A program made the position numbers and the translations under genes. 61,002 nucleotides of DNA, from IMG/VR virus record IMGVR_UViG_3300010396_000049, positions 1-61,002 of that record; one strand, given 5' to 3'. Every line of letters starts with the position of its first letter. Position 1 is the first letter of the stretch. The notes beneath the pieces were generated by a model, which did no database searches, was not told where the DNA came from, and worked only from the letters and a program-made list of their open reading frames with translations. The DNA is from a virus (lineage: Duplodnaviria; Caudoviricetes). This document shows positions 28,286-37,846 of the stretch, piece after piece.

Positions 28286-28767
28286 AGATATCAGACTTTG
28301 CGCCGCGCACCGGAGCGTTAGAATATTATTTATCCGGAAATAATTTAACCGGCATAGAAGTGGGCACCGATGTTGGCGCTCATGCTGAATCATTATTAAC
28401 AAATTGTGATATCCAAAAACTATACCTCGTCGATACCTGGGAAAATGACTATTGCCGGGGATATTGCGAAGGCAGGCTTTCACGCTGGTTTCATAAAATA
28501 GAATTGTTGAAAGGCCGATCGCTTGAGATGCAAAAGAAATTTTTGACAAATACTTTTGATTTTATCTATTTAGACCAGCAACATGATTACCAGTCTGTAA
28601 AATCTGACCTGGTGGGCTGGTGGGAAAAATTGAAAACCGGCGGAATAATGGCATTAAGAAATTACGCCGAATCAAATACAGAACTCAAGAAAGCTGCAGA
28701 TGAATTTTGCATTGATAAAAAATTTAAGGTAGAACGTTACCATGGAGAAATAATAATTTTTAAATGA
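28282..28767 (+). CDS. Class I SAM methyltransferase
   Basis: GIEVGTDVG, VDTW, FDFIYLDQQHDYQSV, LKTGG. Confidence 0.85.
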   Translation: MKISDFAPRTGALEYYLSGNNLTGIEVGTDVGAHAESLLTNCDIQKLYLVDTWENDYCRGYCEGRLSRWFHKIELLKGRSLEMQKKFLTNTFDFIYLDQQHDYQSVKSDLVGWWEKLKTGGIMALRNYAESNTELKKAADEFCIDKKFKVERYHGEIIIFK

Positions 28768-29396
28768 AAGTTTGTTACACCGCCCTATTTGGAAATTATG
28801 AAGAGCTCAAAGAGCCTGCAATAATTACACCCGGTTGGAAATATGTCTGCTATACGGACCAGCCTTTAAAAAGCGATGTATGGGAAATAAAGCAGTTAGA
28901 ATTGCGTAATGGCGCAACACCTCAAAAATTAGCCAGGTGCTACAAAATAAAAGAGTTTGCAGAATGGGAGCAAAGCATTTGGATAGACGCCAGCTTCGTT
29001 ATCAATACTGACCTGAATGCCTGGTGGGAAAAATATTTTAAAAAAGGATTCAGTGCGCCAAAACATCCATTAAGAAATTGCATTTACGATGAAGGAAAGC
29101 ATTGCATGAGAATAAAACGAGGCGCAGAGGGAATAGAAAAGCAATTAACAGAATATAAATCGTTGGGCATCCCGAAGAAAAACGGCCTTATCACCAGCGG
29201 TTTATTGATGCGGGAAAACACGCCAGAGGTAATTGCATTGTGCAAAGAATGGTGGACGGAAATGAGCACGCAAAGCATCCGCGACCAGATTGCCTTTGGA
29301 AAAGCAAGCCTAAATGCAAATTGCGTGTATACATACCCGTGGGATTATAGGGAAAGCAACTATTTTATTTATAAAAAACATTACCATTTAAGATGA
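28764..29396 (+). CDS. DUF616/TOD1-MUCI70-like glycosyltransferase
   Basis: YTALFGNYE, CYTD, SIWIDAS, HPLRNCIYDE, RDQIAF. Confidence 0.8.
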   Translation: MKVCYTALFGNYEELKEPAIITPGWKYVCYTDQPLKSDVWEIKQLELRNGATPQKLARCYKIKEFAEWEQSIWIDASFVINTDLNAWWEKYFKKGFSAPKHPLRNCIYDEGKHCMRIKRGAEGIEKQLTEYKSLGIPKKNGLITSGLLMRENTPEVIALCKEWWTEMSTQSIRDQIAFGKASLNANCVYTYPWDYRESNYFIYKKHYHLR

Positions 29397-29962
29397 TAAC
29401 ACACCACACACAATTACTGAATTCATTAATTGAAAGAAACAATTTGAAATCTTATCTCGAAATTGGCGTGCAAGATCCTGCCAATAATTTTGATAAGATA
29501 AAATGTGAAATGAAACATGGCGTAGATCCGGAAGTGGATGGTTGCCGCATTTCAAAAGTTGGAAGCGACGAATATTTTTCAATAATGCAGGAAGAAATAA
29601 AATTCGATTTAATTTTTATTGATGGCCTTCATCATGAAGCCCAGGTAAAAAGGGACTTTGAAAATTCATTGCGCTGCCTGAATGAAAACGGGTTTATTGT
29701 TTTGCATGATTGCCTGCCAACAAATGAAGCCGGCACCAAAGTTCCGCGTGAAACAAAAGTTTGGTGGGGAGATGTTTACAAATTTGCGATGACGCTAAGA
29801 AGATATGATGGCATTGATTTTAAAACCATTGATATTGATGAAGGTTGCTGCGTGGTTTGGAAAGACGCATCAAAAAAAGGCAGTAATAAAAATATCCGTG
29901 CCAATTGGAATACGTACCAATCAAAAGGCCGAGAGCTTTTGAACGTAGTAAAAACATTATAG
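29393..29962 (+). CDS. Class I SAM methyltransferase
   Basis: YLEIGV, GVDP, FDLIFIDGLH, GFIVLHD. Confidence 0.88.
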   Translation: MITHHTQLLNSLIERNNLKSYLEIGVQDPANNFDKIKCEMKHGVDPEVDGCRISKVGSDEYFSIMQEEIKFDLIFIDGLHHEAQVKRDFENSLRCLNENGFIVLHDCLPTNEAGTKVPRETKVWWGDVYKFAMTLRRYDGIDFKTIDIDEGCCVVWKDASKKGSNKNIRANWNTYQSKGRELLNVVKTL

Positions 29963-30033
29963 AACTCTTTTTTTCGTTTTCTCGTAATTGTTAGTTTTGG
30001 AAATCCGGTAACTATATACGTGTTAGTTACCGG

Positions 30034-30063
30034 AAATCCCCCGAATCAGGGGGATTTTTTTTT
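30034..30063 (+). terminator. Intrinsic terminator after glycosylation cluster
   Basis: AAATCCCCC-GAATCA-GGGGGATTT followed by T run. Confidence 0.8.
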
Positions 30064-30188
30064 GTCATACTGAGCCTGTCGAAGGGTGCCTCATCCCAAC
30101 CCCTTCTCCGAGGGGAGAAGGACACGCTCTGAAAAATTTATAGAATAGAAATATTACTTATTTCTTCGTTTACTGTTATCTTCGTTCT

Positions 30189-30299
30189 GCGGCACTTCTT
30201 ATAAAATATTGCAGAGCAACCACCTTACTGGTGGTTGGCATACCGGTGCAAGCCCGGCGCTCTGCAATGTAGAGAGGTGTCGCAACCAGACCAACCACC
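30189..30299 (+). ncRNA. Structured leader with T-loop-like arm (C4/CI antisense-RNA-like)
   Basis: TTGCAGAGC/GCTCTGCAA stem enclosing AACCACC/GGTGGTT and CCGG-TGCAAGC-CCGG arms; GGTGGTTGG also complementary to CCAACCACC before the ATG. Confidence 0.55.
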
Positions 30300-30305
30300 T
30301 TTATT

Positions 30306-30614
30306 ATGATTACAGCAGGCGATGGCGGCAAATTAGAAGACCTCGAAGATTATTCCGGGATATTGAATAAACTCAGGAATTACCTGTTAGAATATTATGA
30401 ACCTGTTCAGGACCCGGTGAAAGCGGAAATGCATTTATCTACCAGGGAAATATGGCAGCAGCTTCAGAAGCTGGTACCCTGCGAAGGGCTTAATGAAGAC
30501 ATGGTAGCGCAGTGGCTGCATTTGGGCGGATTTACATGGTATGATTATGGGGAGATGAAATTTGAATGGATGATGAGGAAGAAAATGTCAAAATGTGAAA
30601 ATGTGCTAATGTGA
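30306..30614 (+). CDS. Hypothetical protein
   Basis: ORF after structured leader. Confidence 0.65.
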   Translation: MITAGDGGKLEDLEDYSGILNKLRNYLLEYYEPVQDPVKAEMHLSTREIWQQLQKLVPCEGLNEDMVAQWLHLGGFTWYDYGEMKFEWMMRKKMSKCENVLM

Positions 30615-30703
30615 AAATTAGCAAATGAAACAGCCTGAAAAAAATGTAAATTTACAATCTCATAAAGCAGGAGCGCAACCTGGGTAAACACGAGCGGAAA
30701 AAT

Positions 30704-30961
30704 ATGGCAAGAAAATATCCCACCTTTTTATTTGACAATCCTCAAAATACAAAAAACAAAGGCCCTTTTATTGTACGAACAATTTATCCCAAAGCGCTTT
30801 TTTATGTTACAAATGAAAAGGATCCGTCGCACCGGGGATCTCATCATTGTATTATAGTTGAAAAGTGGGACACTGCGTCCGGCCAGGAATATGAAGAGGC
30901 GCGGCTTTTGGCTAACCTTTGGTTTGACAGGCAATTAAAATCAGGAAATATAAAATTATAA
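30704..30961 (+). CDS. Hypothetical protein (island)
   Basis: ORF after conserved leader motif. Confidence 0.65.
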   Translation: MARKYPTFLFDNPQNTKNKGPFIVRTIYPKALFYVTNEKDPSHRGSHHCIIVEKWDTASGQEYEEARLLANLWFDRQLKSGNIKL

Positions 30962-30963
30962 AA

Positions 30964-31170
30964 ATGGAAGACGAACTTGTATATAAGCTCGGCGAAGATC
31001 CGCAACTATCTGAAAAAGATTTTAAAGCCTGGATGACAGGTTTATTTATTCAACAATATCCTGACTGGGAACATTTTAATAATGCCCAAGCAGTGAAAGC
31101 GATTGATCTTGCAGAGCAAATCATTTCATTTGGTAAGCAATACGGGCTGCTTAATGTAAATCTTAAATGA
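30964..31170 (+). CDS. Hypothetical protein (island)
   Basis: ORF. Confidence 0.55.
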   Translation: MEDELVYKLGEDPQLSEKDFKAWMTGLFIQQYPDWEHFNNAQAVKAIDLAEQIISFGKQYGLLNVNLK

Positions 31171-31207
31171 CACAGTAAACGAACAAAAAATGTAAATTCT
31201 TATTTTA

Positions 31208-31612
31208 ATGAAAACAACATACAACATTTTATCAATTGACGAATTATCATATTCTCCAGCGGATGATGAACGTATGTTTTGGTTTGAAGGGGAGCTAAGC
31301 TTCTCAATTAAATTTACCTGCAGGGACAAAGAAGAAACAATATTCCGCAAAAGATTTAAAAGCTATTGCAGAAGGGCAGATTCTACGCAAGATGTTTTAA
31401 GAATTTGCATTGAAAAGTTTTTAAACAAAGCCATAGAACATGTTGGAGACGATATATATATGAAAGATTGCAATTGCATTGTAGACAGAAAAAACATTCA
31501 TCAATTAGATGTTCAATTACAGGAGCCTTTCAAATCTCTTTTTAATGACCTATTTGATAAACAAAAATGGGAAATGCCACAAGGATTGCTGCCTGAAGAA
31601 TCTAATCAGTAA
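31208..31612 (+). CDS. Hypothetical protein (island)
   Basis: Starts at the repeat ATG. Confidence 0.65.
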   Translation: MKTTYNILSIDELSYSPADDERMFWFEGELSFSIKFTCRDKEETIFRKRFKSYCRRADSTQDVLRICIEKFLNKAIEHVGDDIYMKDCNCIVDRKNIHQLDVQLQEPFKSLFNDLFDKQKWEMPQGLLPEESNQ

Positions 31613-31640
31613 ACAAACAAAAAATGTAAATTCTTATTTT

Positions 31641-32108
31641 ATGATAGATGCTAAGGAATTAAGGATTGGGAATTGGTTTAGCGGTTTCGTAGTTGCAGAA
31701 GCTTATTCTACCGGATTTGTAAGAGTAGAAAAGATTTGTCCTGGGAGCGTATATTCGATTTACCAGCATTATGATGTCGTCTGTTTTTCACAACTGGACC
31801 CAAACCATCATTGCATTCTAAAATTGGAAAATATGACTCCAATTAATTTACATTCTGAATTGCTACAAAGGCTTGGATTTAAAAAAACTGTGGCCGCAGG
31901 AATATTTTTTTATGATGATTTCAAATTAATCTTTACTGAAGGCATATTCTATTTTAATTATGGAAAATATTCGCAAATGGAATTGCTATACCTACATCAG
32001 CTTCAGAACTTGTTCTATGCTCTTCGTGGAGAAGAACTTGAAATAAAAGAATCAATTTTTACAGTAAACGAACAAAAACCTAATGGAAAAAGTAAATACA
32101 ATTACTGA
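31641..32108 (+). CDS. ELRIGN...HQLQN family phage protein
   Basis: MIDAKELRIGNW...HQLQNLFYALRGEEL; start at the repeat ATG. Confidence 0.7.
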   Translation: MIDAKELRIGNWFSGFVVAEAYSTGFVRVEKICPGSVYSIYQHYDVVCFSQLDPNHHCILKLENMTPINLHSELLQRLGFKKTVAAGIFFYDDFKLIFTEGIFYFNYGKYSQMELLYLHQLQNLFYALRGEELEIKESIFTVNEQKPNGKSKYNY

Positions 32109-32568
32109 AGTAAAAAACTTCGTTGAATGCCCACACTGTAATAAATCAAAAAATTCTGTCGGGCATTTATTTTCCGAAAACAAAGAAATAAGTTTTGGGC
32201 CGTGGTACTGTGCTGAGTGTGGTAACGCTTTTCGTGGTGTTGTAAAAGGCAAGGATGTTTTTCTTGAAAAAATGAGTGAAAGAAAAGATAGCGCAATTGT
32301 TTTTCTTAGGAGCGGCAATATTCTACTGGCTGTAAAAGGAATGTATTTCAACGGCGAATTGGATGTTGATAATAGCCGGTATTTCTACGAAGAACATACG
32401 TGCCCCACGAACTATCTTAAGGACGTAGAAATGGTCATTGATTTAAAAAACGGAGATACTGACCCACATGGAATATTTGAATTTGTCGGCGTTATTCCAT
32501 ATCAAGATTTAGACGGCGTTGAAGATTTAAGGAGCCTGCTTCCTTCCGGCTTCTTGGCAGAGATATAG
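32083..32568 (+). CDS. Zinc-ribbon hypothetical protein
   Basis: CPHC...WYCAECG; YEEHTCPTN; DPHGIF. Confidence 0.7.
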   Translation: MEKVNTITEVKNFVECPHCNKSKNSVGHLFSENKEISFGPWYCAECGNAFRGVVKGKDVFLEKMSERKDSAIVFLRSGNILLAVKGMYFNGELDVDNSRYFYEEHTCPTNYLKDVEMVIDLKNGDTDPHGIFEFVGVIPYQDLDGVEDLRSLLPSGFLAEI

Positions 32569-32691
32569 AAATAAAGGGTAACTAAAGATTAAATTTTCTT
32601 CGCCCATTATGTATATAGTTAACGCCTGAACTTCTTGCAGATTTAGGGTTTATTAAACTAAACAAACAAAAAATGTAAATTTTTATTTTGT

Positions 32692-33024
32692 ATGAATTAC
32701 AATAAAATCATTTTGAGAGGTTCGAAATATACAAATGCTGCTTTATGGAATTGGAGCAGCAGGAAAGACAGATTGATTTCATTGTGGTGCAAAACGGAAG
32801 ACCGGCACGTAAAGAAAAAAACAAATAAAATTATTTCAGAAATTGACAAAAGAGTTAAGGACCTTGTTGATTTAAAAATAAAAATAAAGGCACAGATCAG
32901 GCAGAATGAAAGAGAGACGAAGGAAATGTATATTATGCTTGAATGTCCGAGTATGGCTTGCAGGTATTCGCTTGAAGCAGTTGGGATGGCTGTAAGAACC
33001 AGTGATTACGTTCGGGCAAATTGA
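32692..33024 (+). CDS. Hypothetical protein (island)
   Basis: Starts at the repeat ATG. Confidence 0.55.
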   Translation: MNYNKIILRGSKYTNAALWNWSSRKDRLISLWCKTEDRHVKKKTNKIISEIDKRVKDLVDLKIKIKAQIRQNERETKEMYIMLECPSMACRYSLEAVGMAVRTSDYVRAN

Positions 33025-33138
33025 AATGCAAAATATGTGGTTCGGCATTAGAAGACAGGTCTTCGAGAGGCATTGACGAAATGTTGTTTGATTTGAATAT
33101 AAACCAGTAAACGAACAAAAAATGTAAATTTTTATTTT

Positions 33139-33210
33139 ATGATAGATCCAAAAGAATTAAGGATAGGGAATTGGATTTTGCCTGAACATGATCTGAAGCA
33201 CAAAAAATAA
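33139..33210 (+). pseudogene. Truncated ELRIGN-family gene
   Basis: MIDPKELRIGNWILPEHDLKHKK*; 5' DNA nearly identical to 31641 gene. Confidence 0.65.
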
Positions 33211-33391
33211 AAGGTGCAGATAAGTTTAGTTTTCAAAGCGACATGGGGAAAACCCGTAATTGATCGTTGGAATGTTGAAGCTTTTAAGCGACTGCAAGAA
33301 TTATCAAAAAAAATAAACCCAATAATCAATAATCAATAATTTCCTCTCATTATCACATTTGCTAATTTTCGAATTAGCTAATTAACTTCCC

Positions 33392-33427
33392 TGTCCTTTC
33401 TCAGGCGCACGCCTCGCCTTATACTTG
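33392..33427 (+). promoter_or_regulatory. Late-promoter motif upstream of packaging operon
   Basis: TGTCCTTTC ... TATACTTG at +28. Confidence 0.75.
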
Positions 33428-33432
33428 CATCT

Positions 33433-34215
33433 ATGATGCTCGATTTAATACGCCAATGGCTCAACAGCAAAAAAGATTATGATACCGGTGTGGCCATCTA
33501 TAGTCAAAACAACCCGGATGGAAAATTGCTGGCCGTGCTTCGCAATGGGGAGAATGATTTTAGAAGAAAACGCCTGCTGGATGAAATCCTGGTTATTTAT
33601 AAAAATCTTTCTGCGTTCCCTGCAGAGGCGATTGCACCTGGTGCAAAAAAAATAGCGTCAAACGCCAATAAAGTGGCAAGTGCTGCCAATAAAATTCAGG
33701 AAACCGAAATAAAATATTCCCAAAAAGAGGCGAAAAATATTCCTGCTGTAGCCGAACAAGAGCAAACGCCTGCCAATAAAGAACTCTACGACGCCTGCAA
33801 GCTGGCGGCAGATACCGAATACAAAAAAGTGATGAACGCCCGGGCGGTGCTTTTTAAAAAAGCCAGCCCCGATAGTTTTATTGATGTTAATAAACCGGAC
33901 CTGATTTTTGACCGTGGGGAATTAGCCATTGAAATTTTGCAAGGTTGGAAAAAAGTTTCTGAGCTATACGACAGAGCAGAATTTGTAAAAGAAAGCGGGC
34001 GCCTTCCATCCACTCCGGAAAGCGAACGCCCGGAGAATGAATATGAGCACATTCCTGATAGCCTGGTAAAACAGCAACTCGACAACGCCCGCAAAGCTTA
34101 CAACAAGCTGAAGAAAAAAACATCCACTCCGGAGAGGGTGGCGCTATTGCAAAAGCACGAAGCCAACATTAAAAAATTAAAAGAGAAATGGGATTCGTTA
34201 CAACCAAAACAGTAA
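33433..34215 (+). CDS. Hypothetical protein (packaging operon)
   Basis: 260 aa ORF. Confidence 0.7.
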   Translation: MMLDLIRQWLNSKKDYDTGVAIYSQNNPDGKLLAVLRNGENDFRRKRLLDEILVIYKNLSAFPAEAIAPGAKKIASNANKVASAANKIQETEIKYSQKEAKNIPAVAEQEQTPANKELYDACKLAADTEYKKVMNARAVLFKKASPDSFIDVNKPDLIFDRGELAIEILQGWKKVSELYDRAEFVKESGRLPSTPESERPENEYEHIPDSLVKQQLDNARKAYNKLKKKTSTPERVALLQKHEANIKKLKEKWDSLQPKQ

Positions 34216-34763
34216 ACCAACAAATAAGCGAAAAAGATTTTTTGCATTCCAGCGGACAGCCGGAAGACTTTGTGATTTGTAAGAGTCCCGAGAAACTGAA
34301 GATGCTACTCGATAAACTGGATGCTGAAAAACAATTGCATTATATCAGTGACGGGGATTGGAGCACCCACGACCTCATCATGGAGCTTTTGAAAAAATTA
34401 AAACCTGCAGAACTTTTTTTAACGACGTACGCCATCCGGGAATTTTCTATCAGGCAATTGGTTTTGGCAATCGAACGGCAAGATCTTCTTTCTGTAAATA
34501 TGATTGCCGATTACCGCGCTAAAATCCGAACACCTGAGGTTTACCAGTTAGCCAACCAAAATTTAAAAATATTTCTTTGCGCCATCCACGCAAAAGTAAT
34601 TGTATTGCGCAGCGCCACCGGCTGCGCCACGATCGTAGGGAGCTCAAACCTTACATCAAACCCGCGCATCGAGGCGGGGGTTATCAGTATGGATCCTGAG
34701 GTGGCCGCCTTTCACATTAACTGGATATCTAAAACTATGGAGAATGCAGAGATCTTTAAATGA
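34188..34763 (+). CDS. PLD-like (HxK) nuclease-family protein
   Basis: IHAKVIVL...GSSNLTSNPRIE. Confidence 0.75.
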   Translation: MGFVTTKTVNQQISEKDFLHSSGQPEDFVICKSPEKLKMLLDKLDAEKQLHYISDGDWSTHDLIMELLKKLKPAELFLTTYAIREFSIRQLVLAIERQDLLSVNMIADYRAKIRTPEVYQLANQNLKIFLCAIHAKVIVLRSATGCATIVGSSNLTSNPRIEAGVISMDPEVAAFHINWISKTMENAEIFK

Positions 34764-35043
34764 TATCACCCAGGAAGAACTGATTGAAGTTGAAAATCTT
34801 GCCGGTTTATTTTTTTCTCCAAGAGAAATATCAGTGATGCTGGAATTACATCTCCCTGAAATCTTAGAGCAATTAGACACAAGCGAAGGAAATTTTCATA
34901 GAGCGTTTCAAAAAGGCCGATTGCAAAATGAAGTGGACCTTAGAAAAGCCATCATGCAACTTGCGCGCGCCGGCAGCTCGCCCGCGCAAACAATGGCCAT
35001 GAACCTATTAAATAAATCAAAAGCCAAAATGCTTGACCGATGA
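34744..35043 (+). CDS. Terminase small subunit-like HTH protein
   Basis: SPREISVML...AFQKGR...LARAGSSPAQ; upstream of TerL. Confidence 0.55.
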   Translation: MQRSLNDITQEELIEVENLAGLFFSPREISVMLELHLPEILEQLDTSEGNFHRAFQKGRLQNEVDLRKAIMQLARAGSSPAQTMAMNLLNKSKAKMLDR

Positions 35044-35690
35044 AAGAAGATGTAAAAAATGCGCTGCAGAAGCGCGCGGAAGAAGTAAACCGGCAGGCAG
35101 AATTTATCCTGGCTAAAACCCGCGATTGGCAAGTGATAAAACAATACATGAGCAATCGGGTTGCGGATATTGAACTGACACCTGAGCAGCAAAAGAAAAT
35201 GGAGCGGTACCAGTTTATTTATAATGAATTAGTAGGAGGCAAGAGCACTGATCAGCAGGTAGTGAACCTGGCGAAGAATTTCTTTAAAGTTTCTATTGCT
35301 CAGGCGTATGAAGATATCAAAGCAGCTAAGGAAGTTTTTACAGATGTTATTGACTTCGATAAACTTTTCGACCTAAATCTTTCGCTGCAGCTCAATACAA
35401 AATATAAAGCTAAAGCAGAAGAGATGGGAGACCTGAAAGCTCTGGCTATGTTTGAAAAAAACAGGAATGAGTTAAGAAAACAACTTCCGGATAAAGACGA
35501 TACTGATGTTGATCTGTTTAAAGGCCATATTTATGAAATGGTGTTTGACCCGAGCCTTTTAGGCGCGCCTACTAAAGTAGATATGAAAGAAATATTGACG
35601 GCCATTAATGCTAAACGAGGCAAGGCAATAAAACTGGATATGTTTGAAGAATTAAATTACGAAGACGTTCCGGAAGATGACAGTAATTAA
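35040..35690 (+). CDS. Hypothetical packaging protein (alternative TerS candidate)
   Basis: Helical, overlaps the TerL start. Confidence 0.55.
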   Translation: MKEDVKNALQKRAEEVNRQAEFILAKTRDWQVIKQYMSNRVADIELTPEQQKKMERYQFIYNELVGGKSTDQQVVNLAKNFFKVSIAQAYEDIKAAKEVFTDVIDFDKLFDLNLSLQLNTKYKAKAEEMGDLKALAMFEKNRNELRKQLPDKDDTDVDLFKGHIYEMVFDPSLLGAPTKVDMKEILTAINAKRGKAIKLDMFEELNYEDVPEDDSN

Positions 35691-37314
35691 AAAGCATTTT
35701 AATAAACCGCAGTTGCGTAGCATGGCAATTGATGCACCGACAGAAATAGCGGTGATGGGAAGAGGTACCGGTAAAACCGTAGGGATCCTTGCAAGAAAAT
35801 CAGCACAAAGATATTTTGGTACGATGCCCCGTGGAACCGGTGTGATATTGGGAGCCACTTATACGCAATTAGTATCGAGGACGCTTCCGGAATTGATTAA
35901 AGGTTATCAAATGCTGGGCTATGAAATGGACCATCATTTTGTTTTTGGAAAAAGGCCGACTGAAAAGTGGATGAAGAAATGGAAATGGAAGCAACCTTAC
36001 GCACCGCCTCTTGATTATAAATATGTGCTATCCTGGTGGAACAGCGCAGTTGCTAAATTGGTTAGCCAGGAAAGGCCCGGATCTTCAAACGGAATTTCAA
36101 TCGACTGGATTATCGGCGATGAGCTGAAGTACATCAATGAGCAAAAAATGAATACTGAATTGCTGCCCGCTAACCGGGGCATCATTCCGGAATTCAAAGG
36201 AAATATTTATCATCATGGAATGACCTTCACCACCGATATGCCGGTGGGCACCGGTGGCCGCTGGATTCTTGACAGAGAAAAAAAGATGGACCGGGATAAG
36301 GTGAATCAAATTTGGGAGATTCAAACAGTTAAGTTCCAACTAAACCATCTCCTGAAAAAAGAAACAAGGAAAGTTTTTCAGCAGGAATTGAAAAAACAGA
36401 TAGACGTACTCGAGGATGAAATGAATGATCTGAGACGTGGATTGTTATATTACCATGAAGCAAGCACGTTGGATAACATTCATGCGCTGGGTGCGGATTA
36501 TATTAAGCAACAATTGCGTGATACATCCGCTTTTCAGTTTGACACTCAAATATTAAACCTCAGGCCATTGAGATTGGAGGATGGATTCTATCCGGACTTT
36601 GATGAAGAGCTGCACGGCTACTTTGCAGAGAATGAAGATTACTTCAATAACCTGGAATATGACCCATTTAATATAGAACTTGATTGCAGGAAGGATAAGG
36701 ATTTGGATTCTAAAGCTCCACTGCATATCGCCTTGGATTATAATAGACGGATATGGCCGATCGTCACAGGGCAGGTTACAAAGAAAGAGATTCGGACCAT
36801 TAAAGGGGTTCATGTGTTGTATCCGCTCAAATTAAAAGATGCAGTACAGAAGTGGTGTGATTATTATAAGCCACATAAGAGGAGGCTGGTTTACTATTGG
36901 TACGATCATACAGCAGTAGGCGATATGCATGACACCCGGATGTGTGATGACGTGGTGGCGATATTGCGGAAGAATAAATTTGTGGTTCTCGAAATGTATA
37001 TTAGCCAACAACCAGGCCATGAAGAAAGGTACAGGATGTGGGGCGATCTATTAACCAATAGCGGCAAGTATGAGCAGTCTTATAAGATCAATCGTGAGAA
37101 CTGTGATAAGTTGATATTATCTAAGTGCCTGGCAGAAGCTGAGCAAAGGAAAGATGGCTTTGGTAAGAGTAAGAAGACAGAGCATGACCCTAAGTTCCCT
37201 GCAGATGAAAGTACGCACTACTCAGATGCGGAAGATACGTGGGTGTTTGGAGTGTTGGAGTCAGGGTTGTACAAAGGCTATGAAGATAAAGGAACAGGAG
37301 GTTTTATAATGTAG
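35677..37314 (+). CDS. terL: Terminase large subunit
   Basis: Walker A GRGTGKT, Walker B IIGDE, FTTDMP, nuclease acidic residues IALDYN and THYSDAED. Confidence 0.88.
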   Translation: MTVIKKHFNKPQLRSMAIDAPTEIAVMGRGTGKTVGILARKSAQRYFGTMPRGTGVILGATYTQLVSRTLPELIKGYQMLGYEMDHHFVFGKRPTEKWMKKWKWKQPYAPPLDYKYVLSWWNSAVAKLVSQERPGSSNGISIDWIIGDELKYINEQKMNTELLPANRGIIPEFKGNIYHHGMTFTTDMPVGTGGRWILDREKKMDRDKVNQIWEIQTVKFQLNHLLKKETRKVFQQELKKQIDVLEDEMNDLRRGLLYYHEASTLDNIHALGADYIKQQLRDTSAFQFDTQILNLRPLRLEDGFYPDFDEELHGYFAENEDYFNNLEYDPFNIELDCRKDKDLDSKAPLHIALDYNRRIWPIVTGQVTKKEIRTIKGVHVLYPLKLKDAVQKWCDYYKPHKRRLVYYWYDHTAVGDMHDTRMCDDVVAILRKNKFVVLEMYISQQPGHEERYRMWGDLLTNSGKYEQSYKINRENCDKLILSKCLAEAEQRKDGFGKSKKTEHDPKFPADESTHYSDAEDTWVFGVLESGLYKGYEDKGTGGFIM

Positions 37315-37389
37315 GGCGTTCCCTTCGGGCGGGCTATCCGTTCCAATCTTTTGCTTAGGCAAAAGGATTTCCACTGCTATCCCTAACGC
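37315..37389 (+). repeat. Bacteroidota-type GC-rich palindromic repeat
   Basis: GGGCGTTCCCTTCGGGCGGGCTATCCG...CCACTGCTATCCCTAACGC; family recognition from memory. Confidence 0.5.
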
Positions 37390-37713
37390 ATAATATGACA
37401 CTGCTCGTAAACGGCAGAGTCACATTAATAAACCCGCAGATGCCAATGCCGGGTTCATTTCGTTTGCGGTTACCACGCGTCCGCTTTGCTCCCGACCGGG
37501 TAATCCTCACTAATGAACCGGCACCCGCATCGCTGCAACAGTCCATCGTACCTCGGACACTTGCAGGCCATGGCACCGGCGCAGATGCATTCGATTGATT
37601 TCGTTTCATATTCGTCCACTGGCCACACTTCCTCTACCGCTCGCTTCGCTCACGACATCAGGCGTTCGCCTGTTCCCTCATAACCTCATCACTCGAATGC
37701 ACCAGCTCCCAAC

Positions 37714-37846
37714 AAGGTAAGCTCTGCTTAGTCTATAGTAGGGAGGCGATGCCATCCAATGCAAGGTAAGCTTGCGCTTGTCTCTTATAGGGAGGCGCTG
37801 CCGTCCCATCAATAAGGTAAGCTCTGCTTTTTCTTCATAGGGAGCC
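37714..37846 (+). repeat. Three ~50-bp degenerate tandem repeats (candidate terminase-binding sites)
   Basis: AAGGTAAGCT...GCTT...TAGGGAG at 37714, 37763, 37814. Confidence 0.75.

Larger units (their letters stand above)
31173..33141 (+). repeat. Dispersed ~36-bp direct repeat CAGTAAACGAACAAAAAATGTAAATTYTTATTTT(A)ATG preceding island genes
   Basis: Copies at ~31173, 31607, 32062 (partial), 32657, 33105. Confidence 0.85.

Noticed and set aside
31173-33141. 36-bp repeats as a CRISPR array
   Set aside because: Spacing is 430-600 bp, each interval holds a gene, and no cas genes are present.
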